Shown: one piece after another, positions 42,140-53,700 of the stretch
Layout: the number at the start of each line of letters is the position of its first letter
Position numbering within the stretch: the first letter of the stretch is position 1
Assembly (NCBI GenBank): GCA_003344405.1
Contig: NOWV01000136.1
Location: forward strand, 124,001 to 188,000
Source of the DNA: Trichoplax sp. H2
Taxonomy: Eukaryota
Direction of reading: 5' to 3'
Length of the DNA stretch: 64,000 bases
The notes under the pieces: model-generated
The model's input: only the letters and a program-made list of their open reading frames with translations
Database searches by the model: none
Told to the model about the DNA's origin: nothing
Program-made: the position numbers and the translations under genes

Positions 42140-43200
42140 TTTTATCGGATAACTTTTTATCAATTATTCCATCAATATCAAGCTAGTCTGAAATAAAATA
42201 AAACTGAAATCATGAAATAGGTATGCAGCAATCATTTTATATTGGATAAGCTATGATATCGATCTCATCATTACACAAATTAGCCTTGGAATAAGTCTGA
42301 TCAGTAGTAAACTAATAACATAAGAATGTATCAATCACAGTAATCATTTTATGTTGGATAAGCTTTGATAATGATCTCTTTAATATATGATTAGCCTTAG
42401 AATAAGTCTGGTCAAAAGTAAAATAATTGCTTAAGAATGAATCAATCATTTCGGTTAGACCCATTTTGCAATAATTGCATAGTTATGAAGCTAATTCGAA
42501 ATAAAACTAAGCAGAAATAGTAAAGTACTAGATAGATATAGATTAATTATGTTATATAGATAAACTTGATAAAACTTCCACCAATGTACAATAAATCTTG
42601 AAATATGATTGGTCGGAAATAGTGAGCTACTATTGGTAGACGGATCAATCACTTTTTGTTGCATAAATTTTGTAATTATTTTATCTGTATAAACATAGCT
42701 CAAACTAAAACTGATCTGAAACAGTGATGTAGATCAGAGGCTGCTAAGACTAAATCCATTTTGTAATTATTTCATCACTGTGAAGCTAGCTTAAAATAAA
42801 ATGGATCAGAACTAACAACGTAGATATATATATCTATTAGTTTATATTGGATAAACTTGCTATCAATTTCATCATTATGCAACTAGACTTGAAATCAAAT
42901 TGGTCAAAAGTACGACAGTTGGTTAATATCAATTCCTATTTGGTGAAAATATTGGATAACCATTCCATCAAGATACTATACCCTTAAAATGAACTAATTA
43001 GAAGTATTCTTATTGATTAGATAAACTTGATAACAATTTCATCTGGATACTAATAAAGATTCCATCAAGACACTGTTATCCTTGAAATAAAAAAGCTTAA
43101 AAATATTGATATACTGTACATGAACATCAACTGTTTTTTGAGCGGATAAACTGATGGCTACTGTATCAAATACTTTTGAAATTGAATTGATTGGAAGTAT
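42140..43200. repeat. Degenerate ~115-bp tandem array
   Basis: Recurring TTGGATAA.CTT.GATA...TCATCA...CTTGAAATAA. Confidence 0.6.
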
Positions 43201-45618
43201 CAGACAGGCATGTATCATCAGCAGTTTATCATATCAAATGAACTTCTTAACAAGATAAAGAATTGAATCCTTTCAGAAGGTCATGAACGAATAATTTAAT
43301 TATAGGATAGCTAAATATTGTTTCTTGATTGTGAAAGGTTTACAAAATCATTTTCCCACTAACAGAATGAAATTTTAATACACTGCCGTACTAGTACAGA
43401 TCTGCGGCAATCCTTAGTCCAGATATACATAATTGAAGTATAAACATGATATTTGTGAGAATAATATTACTCCTATGAAGGAAAGCGATCATTTTGAATT
43501 ACTAATCTAAAATTATAAAATACTTTTTTGCTTATCATATGTACTTGTATAAGCCTTAAATATGACAAAAGTTTTTCTTATTGGTCAATATTTAATTTCT
43601 ATATTTTTTTTAATATTCTTACACTACACTGCTACTGGTCAAGATCGAATTAATAAGTAAATCCTCCCTGCACTTGATGATCATTATCCTAATAGTATAG
43701 TCTATGGAGTTAATTATCTGACCGAATTAAACGCTCAAAAGGGATTAGTCATAATATACGATAGTTAACAATAACAATATCCTTAGGTAGTAATTCTACC
43801 ATCAAAATATTGTTATCACCGTCGAATAAAGTCACTGCATTATGGAATAAGCACAATGTAAGAATAACCAATGACTTTAATAGATCAGTTTTAAGAAAAA
43901 TAAATAAATTCTTGTTTTTATATATATAATGTATTATAATCATTTCCTAATGTATTCATGTCATCATGGAAAATATCCAATTTTTTATCCAGACACAATT
44001 CAATCATGAATAGAGGTAGAAATAAACAGCTTGTTAATAATTTTTAATCGATAGCTATGTCGATAAAGTTTTACAATGAAGACTATGCTATAAGTTGATG
44101 ATTTATTTACAGTGTTCTAACTGCTTTTCATCATTTATGAAATTTTAAGAACCCCCTTTAGACAGCTAGTCTTACTTCGATTTTAAATAGCGTACATGAA
44201 TATGTAATTATCTTGCTTTAAAGATCTAATGATCAATTTTTACTTCTCCTAATTTTTCAAGATTACCATGATTACAATACCGCATAGACTTACTGGAATT
44301 TAATAAAACACCTGCCTCTAGTGTAAACTATGGCTAGTGATAACAATGAATTAGTTTATTATCGATTTAATGTTTAATTGTGACTTACTTTTAAATTAAA
44401 ACAGTTTGGAATGTATTATTTTACCCTTTGGAAAACTAATATCAATTGCTACACTCTGATTTACTAATCAATTATAAAATAATTATTTAATTTACTTAGA
44501 TTTGGTAGATATTTCTTCTAAAACAAAGCTATATATTTCTTGGATATTCTTCAGTTTTAGCGTATATTAATTGCTATCTTAGGCTATAATTATAGGAATG
44601 GACTAAAAGGGTAATACCTTAGCAAAACATTGCTAGAATGAAGTAATTCTAAAATATTAACCGATTGCATTTTATTAGTTTGAAATTTTCTTTTTTATAC
44701 CAAATCAAAAACAGCAAATAAATATTATTAAATAGAATTTATTCTCAAATTGTCTCAGTTCATTCCTGCGTAAAATTATTATCTATAAAAGTGAGATTTA
44801 TTTCCCCTAAACAAATTGATAACTGATTATGGCCATGGTCTAAATGCAAGATTAATATTGATCATTATGGACTTACATCCACAATTATCAATCAACCTCA
44901 TGAAAATCTATTTCGAATTTACAGAACAGCTGTTTTGAATAACTATAATCTATTTTCAAATTAATGAACCATAAAGGTATTTCTGTAGTAATAACCATTT
45001 CTATAGTATTATGTTATTTTTGGAATATTTGCTTAATAACTTTAAATGTGATTATAAAAATTTGCCTCAAAGATACTTGTATGTCAATAGATCTCTCATT
45101 AATTATGTATGCTCAGAAATCTCAGTATTTCGATGCCTGTGTCACGGCATTCGTATCACGAAGGGTTATGTGATGTATGTAGATTGTCAGTAATTAGTTA
45201 GATACCTAATTTACGAGAGGTCTCAAAGGTCAGATCGTGTTATGACTATGGTTAACCTCGTGTTATATGTGTGCTATAATGCATTTGAAGTAGAGCTTAA
45301 AGTATACTAATTTAGATCTAAGAAGATACGATACGATAACTGATAATGTTTATCAATATTAATTTTCATGTAAATATATATGCTGTGACTCATCGCGAAT
45401 AGATAGAAGGTATAAAAGCGAGTTACTTTTTATAATAAAGAGTTCTGGTTTTGATATTTGAAAGTCAATTTTAAGCACTTTATGAAGATAAACGATATCA
45501 TCTAATTTCAGTGAAGATTGTGGAATTGAGTATTTTTATATTATTATTGTATTTCTTCACCAATAGCTCGTAAATTCAATTTATCGCTTTATTTATGGCT
45601 AGCAACAAAATTTTATTT

Positions 45619-47488
45619 TTTAAGATCGTATCCATTGAGATTGATTGAGGAATATATTTGAATTATGAGGCATTAATACTGTACGTATAAACTAAATCAA
45701 AAGTATTTATAATTGGTATTAATTAAAAGATCTTTAAAACTATGATGCTAAAAGTGAATTATGCACCCATATTTTGCTACAAATTAAATTATGATATACG
45801 TATCAACTTCTTAAACATATCGAAAATAAATATAGATCATAGACTTCTATATCACGCGTATAACAGTGACAATTTATCTACTCATTCTAGACCAAAAGTT
45901 TTTAGCACTGATGGACGTCATCATTTTGTATATTAAGTTACTTTTTGATCATTCTTGTCTTGAAATACTCAATAAAAATTTTTTTCTGTAATTTCTACCC
46001 TTTTTAATTAAAAACATTCGGATATTACAATCATAGATTTCTAGATCATACACGCGTACTAGATAGCTCAAAGTGGCGGTATAACAGCCCAGATTATATT
46101 CTTTTGCAGGCAGATTTAGTTATTTCTATACATTTAGTTANNNNNNNNNNNNNNNNNNNNTATTATCAGCTACAAGCGCATTAAAACATAGCACATAACC
46201 TTATCTTATCTATTCATAAGCATTCATTAATTTACAGTTACTTAATTAGTAACGGCGTACCGTGACAATAGCATACAGTGAGTAGACATAAATGAATTTG
46301 TAACTATTGTAGAAATAGCCTTCCCTAAACTAAACGTAGTGAGATTCAAGGATTTGAACAACTGTTGATATAGTTTTCTAAATATAAAGTATCCTGTATT
46401 GAAGTAATATAATGTAGATATCTGGCAGTTAAAGTAATTTACAGCTGTCTGTACATGTACATTTCATACTGAGTTTAACTTGAAATATGTTCTTGGAGTG
46501 ATATACGNNNNNNNNNNNNNNNNNNNNTTTAAGATCGTATCCATTGAGATTGATTGAGGAATATATTTGAATTATGAGGCATTAATACTGTACGTATAAA
46601 CTAAATCAAAAGTATTTATAATTGGTATTGATTAAAAGATCTTTAAAACTATGATGCTAAAAGTGAATTACGCACCCATATTTTGCTACAAATTAAATTA
46701 TGATATACGTATCAACTTCTTAAACATATCGAAAATAAATATAGATCTAAATAAGTGTATTTAAGGGTATTTGATAGATTTTAAAAAGTTAGTCGCTAAT
46801 ACTATCCCGCTACAGTTCATGTCAATTAAAATATTTGCCAGGTAAAGACAGCTATAAAACGTACACTTGATAAAAAGTTCCCAATTTGCGTTACTGCAGT
46901 AATTTCTGGAAACTTGTTAATAACAAGTTTACTATTCGTAGCGGTAATTAACCACTAAGTTTCTTTACTACCCAAAGTGCCAATTTTATGGCCTAGATTA
47001 TTTTTAAACTCTTCAGATTAAATTATAAACGCCAGCGTAATAGCCCTGACTGTAGTTCTAGGCTAAGAGAGGTAATTATTTCTGCTTATTAAGTTACTGC
47101 CTTTAAATTCTGTATTGAAAATGCTATAAGAGTCACTCCTGCCCTTTCTATTATCTTTCGATGGAAAATAGTCAGATATAACAATCATAGACTTCTATAT
47201 CACGCGTATAACAGTGACAATTTATCTACTCATTCTAGACCAAAAGTTTTTAGCACTGATGGACGTCATCATTTTGTATATTAAGTTACTTTTTGATCAT
47301 TCTTGTCTTGAAATACTCAATAAAAATTTTTTCTGTAATTTCTACCCTTTTTAATTAAAAACATTCGGATATTACAATCATAGATTTCTAGATCATAGAC
47401 GCGTACTAGATAGCTCAAAGTGGCGGTATAACAGCCCAGATTATATTCTTTTGCAGGCAGATTTAGTTATTTCTATACATTTAGTTAA
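45619..47488. repeat. Near-identical duplicate across gaps (alternative haplotypes), with a 439-bp indel
   Basis: 45619-46140 matches 46528-47488 except for 46748-47186; ATC microhomology at the junction. Confidence 0.85.
46161..46507 (+). repeat. Displaced mini-contig that belongs at ~23.4 kb
   Basis: 46161-46260 equals 23334-23433, and 46268-46507 matches 23740-23979; bounded by 20-N gaps. Confidence 0.85.
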
Positions 47489-49843
47489 TTCCTGGCAATT
47501 CTGCATTAAAGGCGATCCACACAAGAGCCTTTATTACAATTTTAATCCTCTGTCGATTAAAAATAGTCATAGATGACAGATCAAAGTGCTAGCATTACGA
47601 AGGAACCACACCCGTCTCCTGGATACCAAATCGGTAGTTGATATCTCTATCCTATATACTTGTATATATCTAGATATAGATTAATAGTGTACAAAGCCCT
47701 CAAGTAATGTTTGATCATTGCAATATTGATCAATATGTTGTCTTTCCGATGTGATCGTGAAGTTAATCGTCGGTTAAACTGGACACTTGACTACCTAGGC
47801 TAACAGACTGTAAAGTGAATAATCTACACGCAAATTGACTACGAACTAGCGAGCCTTAGCGCTAAAATTTCTTAGGTATTATTTCTCCTACTACTACTAC
47901 TACGATCTAGGTGGTTGACAAGCAAGTTTGGAACAGCTTAAGTGTTTACCTATCTTTATCATATTGGAATAGCATATCAAGCTTGCAGTAGAATCAATCA
48001 AGTACGGTATGGAATGACTAGAATTTTACAGTTAGTTTATTTCCTTCAAGATATGAAATATTATGAATGAAATCAATTACCATGTTCGCTATCACTTATA
48101 AAGAACTGTTAAAGCATTAGTCTATATTTGAATTTACGGTAAACTTGATCATACTGGCAAAGGAAAATAACACTGTAGCATGATTTTGTTAACCGATTCT
48201 AAATCTATTGGAAGAATTTATGGATCCTTAGGACGTTGAAACTGCTCAAAGATTGCTAAGTAGTAGATAGGATAGTATATTAAAGATTTTGAAACAAATA
48301 CAGTTTAGAAAAGAGCACAGAGTCTTACCTTATTATATTTTTCATATTGAATATTAGCCTTAATCGATTATCTAAGAAGCTATCTCTAACATCGTCACGA
48401 TGTAACGTCTCGATTTTTGGATCCGGTCCTTTTTTAACGCCAAGAATAGGAAAAGACTTGCATTATTACTTTACCACTCATCACGTATACAGTACACCGT
48501 ATAGTCTATATTTCATAACCTATCTGGTATAAACTATGATTACTTATAGTCTTCATAACTGTTCTCTGAGCACATTCATTAAATCTATCTACGATAAACT
48601 CCATATTAACAGCCATTCATGCACATCTACAGTATGCTAAAGATTCTAGAGCAGCTTGAACGACTAGACGATAATGTTGCTAACAAATGTAATTAGGAAA
48701 ATTCATTCGAGATTATTTACACATTTTGACAGATAGTGAAACACCTTTATGAATAAGTATCTATTTATTATAAAGTTGTAGTATATTTAACATAGCAGAT
48801 GGAAACCTTACAGAATTTTACTTAGGTTATGTATTCAATACAATTCTGATTCTTAAATTCAATTTGCTGAATATCAAATCCGATGCATCAAAGAATGTTT
48901 ATTTTATTCACGTCTCAAAGGAATGACATTTAATAGTCTGTGTGTTTATTGAGAGAGTGATGTATAACTATCAATTAAACATCGATTTATTATAAAGTTC
49001 TTTGCATATCGCTTAGCAGATCGAAACTATGAAATTTTACTTAATTTATCTTCATAGGTAAATAGATTTTAGATTCTATAGTGAGACGTCGGTAGTCCTA
49101 AGTAAGATGGCGGCGCTAGACCTAAGCCATGGACTAGTAATGGCAAGGATCACTTTTAGGCATTAAGGTAGTCGTGTACTATTAGTAGCTGATTCTAGAG
49201 ACGATAGCTGTGTACATAAGTAAGATTGCAGGGCGCCTTGGTAAGCGGCATTAGCAGATCTCGCCTATCATTGGCTTAGAATGAGGGATAGCAATCATAC
49301 CTAGCTAGGGATCTTGTACCTGCAGGAGCTATACTAAGTATTGAGTGGTATAAGGGAAACGATAGACTAGGTTAAGCTAGGTTTTAATTTGAACTGGCTA
49401 GGCAGAGCAACTGGGCAAAGACATTCGTCAGCATAATTTCAGGAAGGATATAAAGGCTGATATCTTAAAGAGAAGTTTAATCGATAGCCTTTGAACTAGC
49501 TGTGTAATTACCTAGTCTAAAGTTTTAATACTGTAATATTCAACAATATTTTTAAGTAATAACTAATTTTAAGCGCTACATTATGAGACTGATTGCTGAC
49601 TGGTTAGAGCAGAGCTAAAGGTAGTACATTATTACAATGTATTGAATGCAATTCTGATTCTTAAATTCTATTTATCGAATGCCAAATCAAAGTCATCAGG
49701 GATATTATTTAAATAATATCAAAAAGGAGGAAGGACATGTGATAGTCTGCGTTTTACTTATTACTAAATCGGTTGTCAAATGATAGCACTTTGAAACGGT
49801 ATTATACCTATATTTTAAGCTAGATTGGCTAGTTCAAGATCTA

Positions 49844-50731
49844 ATGGGTGGTGATTTGAGAATAGTAAGCCAATTTACAAGCGAAAATTGCGTATTTAAA
49901 TTTGCAGTAGGAGATCTTACAACATTATCGAAGAAAGATGCTGTGGATATCCTGGTTGTGTCAGCGTTTCCAGGTATGAGTAGAGTAATGGATCTTTATA
50001 AATAAACCCTTTCGATGACACGTTTACGTATCTATTATCAAATTATCAGATTTACTTTATGGCTCTTGCCATAAAATAGAATATAAAATAATTTCAATTG
50101 CCTTAAAAAAGAATTTAATGTAAACTTAACATGAATTTTGTTAGGTGATTATGCGACTATTCCTGGCACACTCATTGGAGCTTTACATTCTAGATTGAAA
50201 GTTAGCCTGAGAGAATTGGCAAAAGATAGAGTGGATTATCGTTTATTCTATAACTGTTGGTATTCTCGCCTTCTTCCCAGTCATCTCAACTTTCGAAGGA
50301 TATTATGTTTCGAGAATGTTACAAAATCGCATCCATCTCAGGCTCTTGGCGATATTTTCCGCTGTATTCTCCCGCTATTTAACGACAATCAAGGTTCAGT
50401 AGCAGTGCCTATATTAGCAAGTGGTAACCAGGTAATGAGCTTTCATGAAATGAAGCCTATTTGAAGATAAGAAACGATAAATTACATCTTTTACTTTATA
50501 ATACATATTGATGAGCTTATAATCATAGTTTTATGGATTTTAATCATATTATTTTAAAACAATTAGGGCTATAGTCATAAACAAATGCTTTCAGCTACCA
50601 TAGAATCTGCAATAACATGGCTACAATCAGGCTTGTCGATGAAATCATTAATCATATGCAGTTATCTAGAGAGTAAAGAGTTACTAGCCGTTTTTAATTC
50701 GTATAAAGCACAACTAACATTACCAATGAAG
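49844..50731 (+). other. Macrodomain-like repeat 1 (exons 1-3)
   Basis: FAVGDLTT...VDILVVSAFPGDYATIPGTLIGAL...SVAVPILASGNQGYS; the motif order parallels macrodomain GDIT / D-IVNAAN / GGGV-GAI / SIAFPAISTG-YG. Confidence 0.65.
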
Positions 50732-53700
50732 GTTAGTAATTGAATTATATAGCTATAAAGTCATATTTGTACATCTGGCATGGTTTATGACTAGTGAGAT
50801 TGGATTTATTTTTTATTCTAAAGTATCCAGCGGGTTCCGGTCCTAAAGTTTCACCAACCAAACAGCCAACCAAAAAACCGGTTACCAAAGTAACGCCTAT
50901 AAAGTACGAAAAGTATCTAATAAAATTAAAAGTGCAATAGGACATAGTCCTGACTGGAAGCTAAATCCAACATCAAGCTCTGATAGTCTTATGTTACATT
51001 ATTTTTATATAATCAAAGAACAAATACAATAAAACTTAATGCTGCGACAAGTATCTAGTAAAATAAAAGTATATTTAGATATAATCCTGATTGGAAGCTA
51101 AATCCTTCATTAAGCTATGATAGTCCTAATTTAAATTTTTTTATATAATTAGAGCATAAATAGAATAAAAATAGATCCAACTCGTTTTATAAACCATTAT
51201 ATCATCCGCTTACATCTGCTGCTTTAATAATTGATTACTGATAGGAATGTTCCTGCAACAAATTCGTTACGAATAGTCGATTCATTCGGTGTTGAAGGAA
51301 CTGCTTGTCCATCGATAATTAAATATGCAACAGGAGATTTAACAGATTTGCAAAAAAGCGATGAAATTGATGTTTTAGTAGTCTCTGCATTTTCAAGTAA
51401 GCGTTTCTTAATATTCTTACAATCGTATCTATTGAACCTTTAAAACTGTGATTCAGGCGTATTATATATGCACCAGTCTAGAAGTTTCTTTTTCCGCTTC
51501 AATAATTACCTTCCTTAATATTTATGGTGTGATATTTTCTTATTGCAGATGACTATGCAGCTATTCCTGGGACGTTGATCGGAGCATTAAAAAAAAATTT
51601 GGGTATTAGTGTTGAGGAGCTAGCAAAAAACAAAGCTGAAGATTACCGAAAATATTATTCTTGCTGGTGGTCTCAGTTGCTTCCTAGTCACATCAATTTT
51701 AAGCGTATAGTCTGTTTTGAAAAGAAAATAAGCGTTAAGCCCACCCAAGTTATTGGTAATATTTTCCGATGTTTCTTTCCACTTTTTAACAACGAGCCTT
51801 GTTCAGTAGCTATGCCAGTACTAGCAACCGGCAATCAGGTAAACTATGCATGAGTCGATTATTTACTGTATTGTTTGCTCCCGCTATATCTAACGAAGTA
51901 GCTCATATCGAGCGGCACCTAGAGGTAAATTTAGAAATTCATGTCCAACATAATGCAATATAACTACTATAACATATACCAATCCAGAGTTATCGATCAA
52001 GACGATTGTTTAATTGTGCGCTATGAGTAAAAATGTAGAAAAATTATGCAGAAAAATAATACAAACTGAAGCGTACCGTGTATGTTACTTTCTTGTACTA
52101 GATAAATCTTGTAAATCTTGTAGGCACAGTCTTACCAGAGTATTTGACCTTTAGCTATCTACTATTAGTCAGAAATGGTCAAAATTCAGTAATTTCTTCC
52201 AGACAGTATAAAACTAACTACAACATTTTTAGATTTTAAACTAATTCGACTGCTTATAATATGGCCTTGCTATGATAGTTGACTATTTAGAGTTATTATT
52301 TGGATATTATAGGGATATTCCCAGACTCGAGTATTTGAGTCTCTATTAAATGCTGCTATCCGGTGGATAAGAGCGGGCTTACCACTCAAGTCGCTGTTAG
52401 TTTGCAATTTTACGAAAAACCCTGAATTGGATTTGTTATTCACTAAAATCAAGGCTACTGCTTTGCTTCCTCAACCAATAGCTAAAGTAAGTTACCTATT
52501 TATAAATAAGTATCAAGTTATAGGAAGGGTTTGAAAAATTTTCAATAGAACTTTAGTTGTGGTATCAAATTACGACATGTCTCACAAAATATTTCATTAT
52601 CAGCGAAATATAAACACAAATTGATGGATGGCCAAAACTTTTGCCCTTCAGGTTCCAGAATTCGATTTCGATTTTTATATATCCTATAGTCCCCAAGATA
52701 TTACACTTGCAAACAGAGTGAAGAATGAGCTTGAAAATGCATGGGCAGAAGAAAAGAAAGCAATTCGTCTTCATACTAACTTTCAAGAAATTAATCCTGA
52801 CATTTCATGGCAAGATGAAATTTATAATGCCATTTGCAAATCAATCCGTGTTATTGTGATATTAACACCTAGCTATTTGCAGGTATATTCCTTAACCAAT
52901 ATAAAAATTAGCATAGTCTAGTTCTATGATGCATTTGGAAATTATTTCTTCTATTTGACTTTTCTAAAACAGCTTAAATGTTTGCTTGATTTGATAATTT
53001 ATATAGTGCGAAGCATGTAAGGAACAATTTAACGTTGCACTTTGTGTCAACCAACAATCTAAATGGAATTTGTTAGCCCCACTCTATGTTATTGCTATTC
53101 CTGATATTCCAACATATATTACATTAGTACAATATATAGACTGTCGGTGAGTATTATTTGAACGTAACTAACAATAACTTTATACCTATAAAATTATTAG
53201 ATATCTCGTAGGATTGTATAGGACTATTAGAAATGAGTAGCCTTCTCAATGATTCGCATTTTGCATAGGGATAATACCGAGGTCTGTATCAGTAAAGCAA
53301 GTGAACAGTTTTGTGAATGGCATCAGCGGTCTAGCGATGAATTAGAACTAATTGATAATCCTCACGAAAAAGCTACAATCAAGTATAATTATGATTTATT
53401 CATTTCCTACTGTCACGAAAATTCAAACTATGCTAAGTTAGTACTTGAAAAGATGAAAATTTTCGATGAAGATGCTAACATTTTCTTTGATGTTCAGCAA
53501 TTAAAGGTAGATTGCTGTAGTATTTTGAACCAGATCAAACTTGATTATAGCTATTTATCAGTGAATAAGAACATATAAATGTTTATGTGTCATAAAACTT
53601 GTAAATAGATAGGCCGTTTTAGTTTATCATCTAGATGGATATATTCTAGTAATGAATCATTACCAAAACTCTTTAGAAGTTAATCTCCGCGTATCTTTCT

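Noticed and set aside
9192-47488. Near-identical duplicates as true segmental duplications
   Set aside because: Every pair abuts a 20-N gap and differs by one large indel plus a few SNPs, the pattern of uncollapsed haplotypes.
1510-48532. Short 60-110-aa ORFs in the track (e.g. 1510, 3533, 7107, 8310, 12760, 27986, 33507, 36928, 42491, 43749, 44964, 45742, 48347)
   Set aside because: Ile/Leu/Phe/Asn-rich translations typical of random AT-rich DNA, no recognisable motifs, several with non-ATG starts.
47750-48883. TCCGA|TGTGAT...ATCAAA|TCCGA as another LTR element
   Set aside because: The right end is not CA and falls inside an unrelated local duplication; likely coincidence.
51019-51050. Micro-exon created by the duplicated donor in intron 4 of the macro-TIR gene
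   Set aside because: 32 nt long, would shift the frame, and the acceptor is weak.
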